From Ascoidea asiatica JCM 7603 (Eukaryota > Fungi > Ascomycota), in contig BCKQ01000006.1 in the NCBI GenBank assembly GCA_001600695.1, forward strand, positions 408,895 to 425,935: a stretch of 17,041 nucleotides of DNA. The letters run 5' to 3'. The translations under genes were made by a program, and so were the position numbers. Each line of letters opens with the position of its first letter. The first letter of the stretch is position 1. Positions 1-9,153 of the stretch are shown in pieces. Below the pieces are notes generated by a model. That model was not told the origin of the DNA, did no database searches, and saw nothing but the letters and a program-made list of their open reading frames with translations.

Positions 1-263
1 AAAAATTAAAAAAAAAAAGTTAATTAAATAAAAAACTTATTGAAATAAAAATGAAAATTAAACACACGAATGATAAAGAATGAAATAATGAAATAATGAA
101 AGTATGAAATAATGATTTTATGAAATTAAATGAAATTTAATAAAAATTGAAAATTATGATTAAATTAATCAATATTAAGTAATGTATGATGAATATTATG
201 CTACTAATTGAAATATGATTGAAATGTATCATTATCATTATCATTTAATCTTTTTTGACTTTA

Positions 264-1250
264 TTATTTAATTAATTCTTTATCTTCTTCTTTATTATGT
301 ACAATATTTGAAATTTCTTCATTTTTTTCCTCTTTCAAGTTTTCTTTTAAAGTCTCTTTCAATTCTTTTTTCATTTCTTCTTTCTTTTCTTCACTTTTTT
401 CTTCATTTTTAACTTCTTCTTTTTCTTCATGATTATCATTATCATTATCATTATTCATTCCATTAACATTTTCATCTTTACCATTATAATCTCTTAAATG
501 AATTGGTAAAATCCATTGATTCCAACCATGAGTAACTCTAATTTTTTCATTATTAATTTCAATAATTTTTAAAATTTCACATTGTTTTAATCCATTAAAA
601 ATTAATTCTTTATTACCTTTAGAAATAATTTTTAACCTTTTAAATTCTAATAAAATTTTAATTGGTAAAAATCCAAATGAATTCATTTGTTTTCTTAAAT
701 AAATATCTTTAATTAAATTTTCAAATGAAAAATAATATGATATTTGATTTATAACTGAATCTATTGGTTCTCCAAATCTAGAAATTGGTATAAATACATT
801 ACCATTCATATTACTATTCATATTATTATTCATATTATTATTCATATTATTATTATTATTATTTATATCTATATTCATACCATTCATATTTATATCATCA
901 TTATAAATTCCATTCATATTTATATTGGAATTTATACCTGGATAATAAACATTATTATTATGAATTGGATAATTATAATTACTATTTCCATTATTATTAT
1001 TATTATTATTTATACTAAAATTATTATTATGATGATTTGAAAATCCATTCATTTGAGGAGTAAAATTTCCATTTATTGAATAATTTACATTATTATTATT
1101 ATTATAAGGTATAAAGGAATTTGAATAATTGAAATTTTTATGATTTTGAAATTTATTATAATTACCATTTGAATTATTATAATTCAGTCTACTTGAACGA
1201 CGATTATTATTATAATAATGATTTGAATTTTGATGATTATGATTATTATG

Positions 1251-1298
<48 letters not shown>

Positions 1299-1446
1299 GT
1301 TATTATGAATATTATTAGTTTTTTCAAAAGTTTCATTTGATGAAGATTCATTATTATCAATTTTTTTATCATTATCAATATCATTACTAATTTCATTTTT
1401 ATTATCATTGATTTCTTTATTTTCATTAATATCATTAGTGTTATTG

Positions 1447-1478
<32 letters not shown>

Positions 1479-2885
1479 TACAATATTTTGATTATCATTA
1501 GTGATATTATCATTTAATTTATCTTTTTTAATTAAATTATGTTTATTTAAAAAATTTTTATGATTTAATTTTGATTTATTAATTATATTATTATTATTAT
1601 TATTATTAGTTAAATCTTTTTGAATTGAATTATCATTAGAAATAGTTGTAGTTGAAGTAGAAGTAGAAGTAGAAGATGAAGAAGGTGGAATTATATTTAA
1701 ATTTCCATTGACATTACTATTAACATTTCCATTTGAGTGAATTTGTTTTCTATGAGGTTTTTGTTTTTTTTTTGAATTACCATTTGATTGAGAACGATTT
1801 GAAGAATCATTATTTGATTTATCTCTATTATTGTTATTATTTGTACTATTATTATTATTATTGTTATTGTTGTTATTATTTTTTGATTTTGAACCTGGTA
1901 ATATTACAGTTGCATCTTGATAAGGTATCCATTTTTCTTTACCAGTAGTTTTAGCAATATTTTTTTTAGTACTAATATTATTACTAAGATTATTATTAAT
2001 ATTAAGATCATTAATTTCATTATTTATATTATGATTATGGTTATGACTTTGATTATGATTATGATTGTGATTATGATTATGAGTAGTATTATGAGTAGAA
2101 TTATTATTATTAATTGAATTATTTATTATAATATTTGAAGAAGTTTGTGATTGAGTATTTAAAAGAGGAGGTAAATTTGATAAATTTGATAAATTTGATG
2201 AATTTTTTTTTATATTAATAAATTTTTCATTATTATTTTCATTATTGTTGTTAATGTTATTATTATTATTAATATTCCAAGGAGATTTTTGTGGTAATGG
2301 AGCAGGAGATAAATTTTTTTTAAATTCTTTTAAATTTTTTAAATTTTTTTCTTTTTGTAATTGAATTTGTTTTTCAATTAAAAATTTATCACTTGAAGAT
2401 AATTGAGAAGAATTTAAATTATCGATTGAATTATTTGAAGAAGAAGATTTACTTCTTGATGAATTTTTAATATTTTTTGAATCTTTAATATCTTTAATAT
2501 CTTTAATATCTTTTTTTAAAGATTTTTTAAAATTTCTTGATTTTCTTGAAGATAAATCTTGATTATTGAATTGATTATCATTATTATTAATTTGATTATC
2601 ATTAATGATATCATTATTGTTATTATTGTTATTGTTATTTAAACTCTGAGATTCTTTAAAAGTATCTTTTTCAATATCTTTATCATTTACATTAAGATTA
2701 ATATCTTTAATATCTTTAATATCTTTAATGTCTTTAATATCTTTAATGTCTTTAATATCTTTTGAATCTTTTGAATCTTTTAAATCATTAATAGAATCAT
2801 TTGAAATAATATCTTGAGACTGTAATTGATTATTTGAAGAATTTATTGCAGTTGAAGCAATTTTAGCATAAGAAATAGTTGACAT
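264..2885 (-). CDS. SRO9: La-motif RNA-binding protein of the Sro9/Slf1 (LARP1-like) family, 873 aa, with large Asn-rich expansions
   Basis: C-terminal La motif (VINQISYYFSFENLIKDIYLRKQMNSFGFLPIKILLEFKRLK). Family-typical short motifs LSPAPLPQKSPW and GKEKWIPY. Neighbours PDI1, GID7, GRH1 and SDH7 match the SRO9/SLF1 locus. Tandem TAA TAA stop. Confidence 0.88.
1252..1298. repeat. (TTA)n microsatellite encoding poly-Asn in SRO9
   Basis: Direct reading; other poly-Asn runs occur near 840, 990, 1590, 1850 and 2620. Confidence 0.9.
2702..2781. repeat. 9-bp coding minisatellite (Lys-Asp-Ile/Ser)n in the SRO9 N-terminus; a second shorter array at about 2481-2512
   Basis: ATCTTTAAT/GTCTTTAAT/ATCTTTTGA units on the + strand; the protein reads LKDSKDSKDIKDIKDIKDIKDIKDIKDI and KKDIKDIKDIKDSK. 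Confidence 0.9.
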
Positions 2886-3470
2886 TATTATAAAAATACA
2901 AAACTTATAATATTAATATTAACTAAAGACTAATTTGATTAAATAAAAATTAGATTATATTAATATATTGATGGATTGAATGAATTATATATTTTATTAT
3001 ATTATATTATATTATATTATATTAGGAATAATAAAAGTGATTTTAATTTTTAATTGATTAATAATCTTAAAAGAGTAAGAAATAAATATAAATCAATAAT
3101 CAATAATCAGTATTAATTGAAGATTATTTTATTGATTAATAAAATTAAATTGATTGATGTATTGAATGAATATAGAATAATATAAATGATATAAATGATA
3201 TATGAATGATATGATTGAATTATTCAGATAGTTTTTTTTTTATTGAATACTTATTATTAATTAATTAATTGATTGATTGAATGAATGAAATAAAATCTGT
3301 TAATAAAATAAAATAGAAAAGAGTGAATATTTTTTGTAAGGTTAAAAACAAAAAAAAAAAAGGTCGCTGAGTTTGAATGGTTGAATTGTTAGTAATAAAT
3401 CAAAAGAGAGAAAAAAAAGCAGTGTAAAAAAAAAAAAGAGTGGTGAAAAACGAGAAAAACGAGAAAAACG

Positions 3471-3480
3471 TGAAAATTTT
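3471..3480 (+). promoter_or_regulatory. RRPE-like element TGAAAATTTT upstream of SRO9
   Basis: Matches the yeast rRNA processing element consensus. A second copy-like AAAATTTTC lies at about 3785-3793 in the opposite orientation. Confidence 0.5.
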
Positions 3481-3604
3481 GAGAAAAGGAAAAAAAAAAC
3501 AGAAAACGAATCAAAATCGCAGTAATACAAAAAGAATTATTGCAGTGGAATTATCGCTGTTTGGCAGTTTGCTTCGTGGAGGTTTGTCAGTCAGTCAGTA
3601 ACGT

Positions 3605-3606
3605 TT

Positions 3607-3637
<31 letters not shown>

Positions 3638-3737
3638 TGGAAACTTTACTTCGTTTCTCTTTTCTTCAATTCAATTCAATTCAATTCAATTCTTTTCAAT
3701 TCAATTCTTTTCAATTCTTTTCAATTCTTTTCAATTC
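3605..3737. repeat. (TTC)10 followed by (TTCAA)n/(TTCTTTTCAA)n simple repeats at the centre of the SRO9-SDH7 divergent intergenic region
   Basis: Direct reading. Confidence 0.9.
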
Positions 3738-3941
3738 CTGTTCACTTCAACTTCTCTGCCCTCGAATCGGAATCTGAAATTTAAAAAATTTTCTCTCGTT
3801 TTTCGTTTTTTCACCAGTTTTTTTTATTTTTGATTTTTTCTTTGCGTTTTTTCACACCGGAAACAAACGCAGAAAAACCGCTGAAGTCCAGATTTTGAAT
3901 GCATCCGGTGCAGTGGTACAAACCACAGATATGGTACAGCT

Positions 3942-4003
3942 CCATTGATTTGGTAATTACCATTACCACGGTTAGGTACCATTGAAATGGTAATTACCAA
4001 TGG
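3942..4003. repeat. Twin 12-bp palindromes TGGTAATTACCA (3951-3962, 3988-3999) upstream of SDH7
   Basis: Direct reading; the pair forms both a 37-bp-period direct repeat and a 15-bp inverted repeat. Confidence 0.85.
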
Positions 4004-4201
4004 CAGGGGTGTGTTTATTTGTCTTGTTTCTACAGGGAGAAAAAAAACTGACTAATAAATGAATGATTCTTAGTCATCAGTGATAATTAATCTTTGATTT
4101 TGTGGTTGAGATTAAAAGATATCAATTAATTAATAATGATATTAATCAATGAGCTGTAAGATAATAATAATACATATAAACAATATTCATATAAATACAA
4201 A

Positions 4202-4576
4202 ATGAGAGCCACATTAATTAGATATGTAAGACCAAGACGTCCAGAAAGAAATTTACCAGCTTTATTACCACCATTACAATTATATCGTCGTATTTTAAGA
4301 GCTCATAAATTTTTACCAATTTTACAAAAAAATTTAGGTGATGAATATGTTAAAGCAGAATTTAAAGCTCATAAAAATTCAGATAATCCTTTACATATTG
4401 TTGGATTTTTAACATCATGGCAAGAATATTTAACAATGATAAGTAATGGAAATTGGACTGAAGCTACTTTAAGAAAAGATCAATTAGATAAAATGAGTCC
4501 AGAACAAATAACTCAATTATATGAATTAATGAAAGAAACTAAGAAAATCAAAGAAGAAAGAGATTCCAAAAATTAG
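4202..4576 (+). CDS. SDH7: Succinate dehydrogenase assembly factor 3 (Sdh7/Acn9), LYR-motif mitochondrial protein, 124 aa
   Basis: [44 protein letters not shown] is the Acn9/SDHAF3 signature. Arg-rich N-terminus fits a mitochondrial presequence. Confidence 0.93.
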   Translation: MRATLIRYVRPRRPERNLPALLPPLQLYRRILRAHKFLPILQKNLGDEYVKAEFKAHKNSDNPLHIVGFLTSWQEYLTMISNGNWTEATLRKDQLDKMSPEQITQLYELMKETKKIKEERDSKN

Positions 4577-4723
4577 TATTTTTATTTCCAATATTCATTC
4601 TCATATTCATTCTCATATTCATATTTATATTCATTCTCTGTAAATACTTTATTTACTTTATTTACGTTATACTGTCGCCATAAACTCGGGTCTTTTCTTT
4701 TCTTTTCTTTATTTCACTTCTGT

Positions 4724-4774
4724 CCACGTGCTCCCATCACGTGGCTCCCCTTTTTTTCTTCAATTACGACGTGG
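4724..4774. promoter_or_regulatory. SEC14 upstream E-box/ACGTGG cluster (CACGTG at 4725 and 4738, GACGTGG at 4768)
   Basis: Three ACGT-core sites within 51 bp in a GC-rich island about 300 bp upstream of the ATG. Confidence 0.6.
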
Positions 4775-4985
4775 AGCCTTCGACTCTTCCAGGCCTGCTT
4801 CAATTAACTCTGCCAAAATTCACTGCCAACACTCATTAATATTACTAACACTAACACTAACAATATATTAGTACCTTGCTTTCTTATTGATATTAATATT
4901 GATATTGACCTTTTTGATAAATATTCATAATAATATTAGATAAGAAGAACCAATAATAAATCTTTCTCTCTCCAATATCCATAAT

Positions 4986-5025
4986 TTATATTATATTATA
5001 TTATATTATATTATATTATATTATA
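4986..5025. repeat. (TTATA)8 microsatellite in the SEC14 leader
   Basis: Direct reading. Confidence 0.9.
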
Positions 5026-5072
5026 TTAATTATCAATTGAATTAAATAAAATAAAAAAAAAAAATAAAAAAA

Positions 5073-6050
5073 ATGTCATTATCTGAAGAAGAATTCTTAA
5101 ATTCATTTCCTCAAGAATGTTTTAAAACTGAAATTACTGGTTATCCAGGTAATTTAACTCAAGAACAAGAATCAAAATTAAATTTTTTTAGAAATGAATT
5201 AAAATCTTTAAATTATAATAAAAGATTAGATAATTCAACTTTATTAAGATTTTTAAGAGCAAGAAAATTTGATATTTTAAAATCAAAAGAAATGTTTATA
5301 AATTGTGAAAATTGGAGATCTGAAAATGATGTTGATAATATTTTAAAAAATTTTAATTATTTTGAAAAATCAAAAGTTGCAATTTTTTATCCTCAATATT
5401 ATCATAAAATTGATAAAGATGGTAGACCAATTTATATTGAAGAATTAGGTTCTGTAAATATTAATGAATTATATAAAATTACAAATCAAGAAAGAATGAT
5501 TAAAAATTTAATTTGGGAATATGAAAGTTTTGTAAATTTTAGATTACCATGTTGTTCAAGAAAATTTGGTTATTTAATTGAAACTTCATGTACAATTTTA
5601 GATTTAAAAGGTATATCTTTATCTTCTGCTTATAATGTTTTATCTTATGTTAGAGAAGCTTCAAAAATTGGTCAAGATTATTATCCAGAAAGAATGGGAA
5701 AATTTTATTTAATTAATGCTCCTTTTGGTTTTTCAACTGCTTTTAATTTATTTAAACCATTTTTAGATCCAGTAACTGTTGAAAAAATTTTTATCTTAGG
5801 TAGATATTATCAATCTGAATTATTAAAACAAATTCCAATTGAAAATTTACCAATTAAATTTGGTGGTAAAAGTTTTGTTGATGAAAAAGATGGTGGTTTA
5901 TATATGGCTGATATTGGTCCATGGAGAGATCCAAAATTTATTGGTCCTGAAGGTGAAGCTCCTCATGCTTCTTTTGAATCTAATATTAATCCAGAATCTG
6001 AATCTGCTCCTCCAACTGAAGTTCAACCTCAACCTCAACCTCAAGCTTAA
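5073..6050 (+). CDS. SEC14: Phosphatidylinositol/phosphatidylcholine transfer protein Sec14 (CRAL-TRIO), 325 aa
   Basis: Near-continuous similarity to yeast Sec14: [80 protein letters not shown]. Confidence 0.96.
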   Translation: MSLSEEEFLNSFPQECFKTEITGYPGNLTQEQESKLNFFRNELKSLNYNKRLDNSTLLRFLRARKFDILKSKEMFINCENWRSENDVDNILKNFNYFEKSKVAIFYPQYYHKIDKDGRPIYIEELGSVNINELYKITNQERMIKNLIWEYESFVNFRLPCCSRKFGYLIETSCTILDLKGISLSSAYNVLSYVREASKIGQDYYPERMGKFYLINAPFGFSTAFNLFKPFLDPVTVEKIFILGRYYQSELLKQIPIENLPIKFGGKSFVDEKDGGLYMADIGPWRDPKFIGPEGEAPHASFESNINPESESAPPTEVQPQPQPQA

Positions 6051-6213
6051 TCATATCTTATTATCACCTAATCTTAATATCAATCTCTAACTTCATTACC
6101 CCCATCATCATCTTCATCATCAAAATTTAATTTATATATACATATATATCTTTTTAACTTATTGATTTACTTATTATTATTATCTTATCTTATTTTATCT
6201 TATCTTTTATTAC

Positions 6214-6244
<31 letters not shown>

Positions 6245-6699
6245 TTCATTTAATTACTTAATTACTTATATAATTACTTATTTAAATAATATTTAAACTA
6301 TATTTTTTTTTTCTTTATTTAAACTTTCACAATAATTTTAAATATTTAAATTATAATTTAAAAATAATTCAAATACTTTTATAATATAATATTAGTTTAC
6401 TTTAATTTGATTCATTTAACAAAACTAAGTAAATTCAATTAGTATTTTTTTTTTTTTTTGCTCTTACAATTTTTATAGAATATTTTTTAATTACAAATTT
6501 TATTTACTAATTTATTTTATGTAGACGTATAAATAAATAAAACTTAAAAAAAGTGATAAATAATAAATAAATAAAATGAATGATAAATATATAATAAATG
6601 AATAAATGAATAAATCCTATTCATTTAAATATATTGAAGAAATGAAATTTAAAAACCAATTATAAAAAATTAACAAAATTCATAAGTATAACCTTAAAT

Positions 6700-8340
6700 C
6701 TAAAGTTCATCATGTTTAGAATCATCAACTTTAGCATCTTCAGTAGCTTCTTCTTTAACATCTTCAACAGTAGATGAAGCTTCTTCTTCTACTTTACTTT
6801 CTTCTACAGTTTCTTCTTCCTCTTCGTCATCTTCATCATTAACTAAATTCAAACCATCAATTTTATTTGAACCAGATTCTTTAATAAAATCTGCCATTGA
6901 ATTTAAATCTCTTGCTTGTTTATAAATAATTGGATTTTCTTTATCATTTGCAGGATATAAAATTAAAGTTGGATAACCTTCAATATCAACTTTAACATCA
7001 TTAGCAGTTGCATCTAAATCTGCAATTAAAACTTTTTTAGAAGCATCTTTATCATTTTTATATAAATCACCTAATTCTTCAAAAATTGGTGCTAATCTTT
7101 TACAATGTCCACACCATGGAGCATAATATTTAACAAAAACATCTTTTTCAGTATCATTAATAATTTCATTATGATTTTTACCAACTAATTTAAATACGGA
7201 AGTTTCTTGAATTTCAGGTATATCTTCAGATTTAATTGTTGGAAGTACTTTACCTTCAGAATAATCATTTACAAATTTTTCAATTAAATCTTCTGATAAA
7301 GTTTCATTTTCAGATAATTTTAAACCATATTTTAAATTTTCTTGAATATCATGAATTACAAATAATGGAAAAGTTTGAGGCATATTTAAATTTTCTGCAT
7401 GTCTACCAAATCTTTTTGAATCTATACCAACAAAATTTAATTTATTTCTAAAAGATTTACCTAAAATATTAAAAAATTTAGAATATTTTTCTCTTTCTTC
7501 TAAATTTTCATAAAAGAAATAAGCTAATGGATCTGTTGAAGACATATATTCTTGATATGTTGAGCCATTAATTTCACCGAAATATGGTTTTGATTCAGTT
7601 TTAATAAAATCAGATAATGAATCTTTTGTAAAAGTTGAATCAGCTTTAATAATTGAAGGTTCCGAATCACCAACTCTAAATACAAGATAATTTGGAGTAT
7701 TTTCAGTATTATATTTTTCATTTAAATCTTTTGAATTTGATGATAAAAATGTAAATTTTTCTCTTAAAGAATCAGCTACATCGAAATAAGTTGAATTTAA
7801 AGAAGATACATCTAAAGTAGAATCAGAATCAGATGGATTTGAAGGTATTAATTGTAAAATAACAGGTTCTGGAGCGGCTGAAGTTATTTGAACTATTTCA
7901 TCAATTGATTCAAGAGTTTGAACAGAAGGTAAAGATTGTTTAGTCATAAATGATACAATTGCATCAGATTTTCTTGCACCTTGATAATCAGTTGGTTCAT
8001 TATCATTACCTCTAAAGATTTTTAAAGTTGGAAAACCTTTTACACCATTTTTAGTACATAAATCTTTTTCTTCAGTACAATCAATTTGAGCTAAAGGTAT
8101 ATCTGAATCACTTAAAATTTCTGCAGCTTTAACATATTCTGGAGCTAAAGTTTTACAATGACCACACCATGGAGCAAAAAATTCAGCTAAAACTAATGGA
8201 TGTTCAGAAATAAAAGATTCGAAATCATTTGAAGTTAATTTAACAACATGAGAATCTTTTGGAGCAGTTGCTTCTTGGGCATAAGTTATTGTTACAATTG
8301 AAGCTAAAATAGCCGCTAAGGATTTTAAAGAGAATTTCAT
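6700..8340 (-). CDS. PDI1: Protein disulfide isomerase, 546 aa
   Basis: Signal peptide, two APWCGHCK thioredoxin active sites, a-b-b'-a' spacing, acidic tail and C-terminal HDEL ER-retention signal. Confidence 0.98.
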   Translation of the reverse strand: MKFSLKSLAAILASIVTITYAQEATAPKDSHVVKLTSNDFESFISEHPLVLAEFFAPWCGHCKTLAPEYVKAAEILSDSDIPLAQIDCTEEKDLCTKNGVKGFPTLKIFRGNDNEPTDYQGARKSDAIVSFMTKQSLPSVQTLESIDEIVQITSAAPEPVILQLIPSNPSDSDSTLDVSSLNSTYFDVADSLREKFTFLSSNSKDLNEKYNTENTPNYLVFRVGDSEPSIIKADSTFTKDSLSDFIKTESKPYFGEINGSTYQEYMSSTDPLAYFFYENLEEREKYSKFFNILGKSFRNKLNFVGIDSKRFGRHAENLNMPQTFPLFVIHDIQENLKYGLKLSENETLSEDLIEKFVNDYSEGKVLPTIKSEDIPEIQETSVFKLVGKNHNEIINDTEKDVFVKYYAPWCGHCKRLAPIFEELGDLYKNDKDASKKVLIADLDATANDVKVDIEGYPTLILYPANDKENPIIYKQARDLNSMADFIKESGSNKIDGLNLVNDEDDEEEEETVEESKVEEEASSTVEDVKEEATEDAKVDDSKHDEL

Positions 8341-8699
8341 TTTTTAATTGATAGTTTTTTTTTTTTAATGATATAGTTATACAAAATTTAATTTGAGAAA
8401 AAGAATTGAAATTTTAAATTAAAAGTTGAATTGAATTAAATTTAATTTAATCTAAATGGTAAAATAGTGAAATATATAAATGAAATAAGAAAAGATATAT
8501 TTTTAAGAACAATTGATAAATTATATCTATTTTATAATAATGAAGAATCAAAGAATTAATAATCTGAGAAGGTGATTATTAATTATTTATCAGAATATCA
8601 ATAGATATGGGTAGTGATTGAAACAACAGTAGTAAAATGAGTAGAAAAGTGAATAATTTCTTTTAATTTAACGCCAAAAACACACAAATAACAATCTGA

Positions 8700-8990
8700 A
8701 TCAGCGATGACTTGTTATTAACAATGCACACGCCACAGGAGCACCGCCGGGAAAAGCAACTCGTGGCGGTGGTGGACGTCAAGGGCGTGGCTGGAGGCTA
8801 CGTGGCCACTGAATCCTCAATATGCACGTAGGTGTGACCACAGGCAGACCCACCCCATTGGCTATTGAAACTTCTGCACCGCCAATCACAAGCCACGTTC
8901 AAACAAAAACAAAAGCCATATTCATGGGCCTTCTTTTAATAAAATTGAATAGTCACGTGTTTGCAAACTTGCGTTTCTGCTTCCGATTAT
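8700..8990 (-). promoter_or_regulatory. GC-rich PDI1 upstream activating region with UPRE-2-like TACGTG sites (8799-8804; 8825-8830 reversed), GCCACGT (8892-8898), CCAAT boxes and a Cbf1-type GTCACGTG (8952-8959)
   Basis: 101 of 180 bases in 8701-8880 are G/C by manual count. PDI1 is a canonical Hac1/UPR target in yeasts. Confidence 0.7.
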
Positions 8991-9153
8991 ATATATCTTT
9001 ATTACCGATAGCCCCAATAATATCATAACTAACAATTTCATAAAATATAAATAAATTCTAAGACTCTTCTCAATAAAAACATTCATAAAAAAATAAATAA
9101 TATAAAAATAATATAAAAATAATATAAAAACAAGTTAATTCTTTCCTTAAAAT

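Noticed and set aside
1184-2117. Short alternative-frame/antisense ORFs inside SRO9 (1184-1474, 1733-1948, 1917-2117)
   Set aside because: Poly-Ile/Tyr/Met translations are shadows of AAT/CAT repeats in the real ORF.
3342-3833. ORFs 3342-3530 (-) and 3540-3833 (+)
   Set aside because: They begin at TTG rather than ATG and translate A/T tracts and microsatellites; there is no protein-like content.
3860-4090. tRNA or snoRNA in the GC-rich stretches
   Set aside because: No cloverleaf, A/B boxes or convincing C/D or H/ACA layout seen by eye; an Infernal/Rfam scan would be needed to exclude it fully.
4843-4871. TACTAAC...TAG upstream of SEC14 as an intron 3' end
   Set aside because: Embedded in an (ACTAAC)n repeat, no good donor between the promoter island and this site, and the ORF N-terminus already aligns with Sec14.
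8822-9028. 68-aa ORF in the PDI1 upstream island (and likewise 14135-14374)
   Set aside because: Open only because GC-rich islands have fewer stop codons. Codon style is unlike the real genes and there is no recognisable motif.
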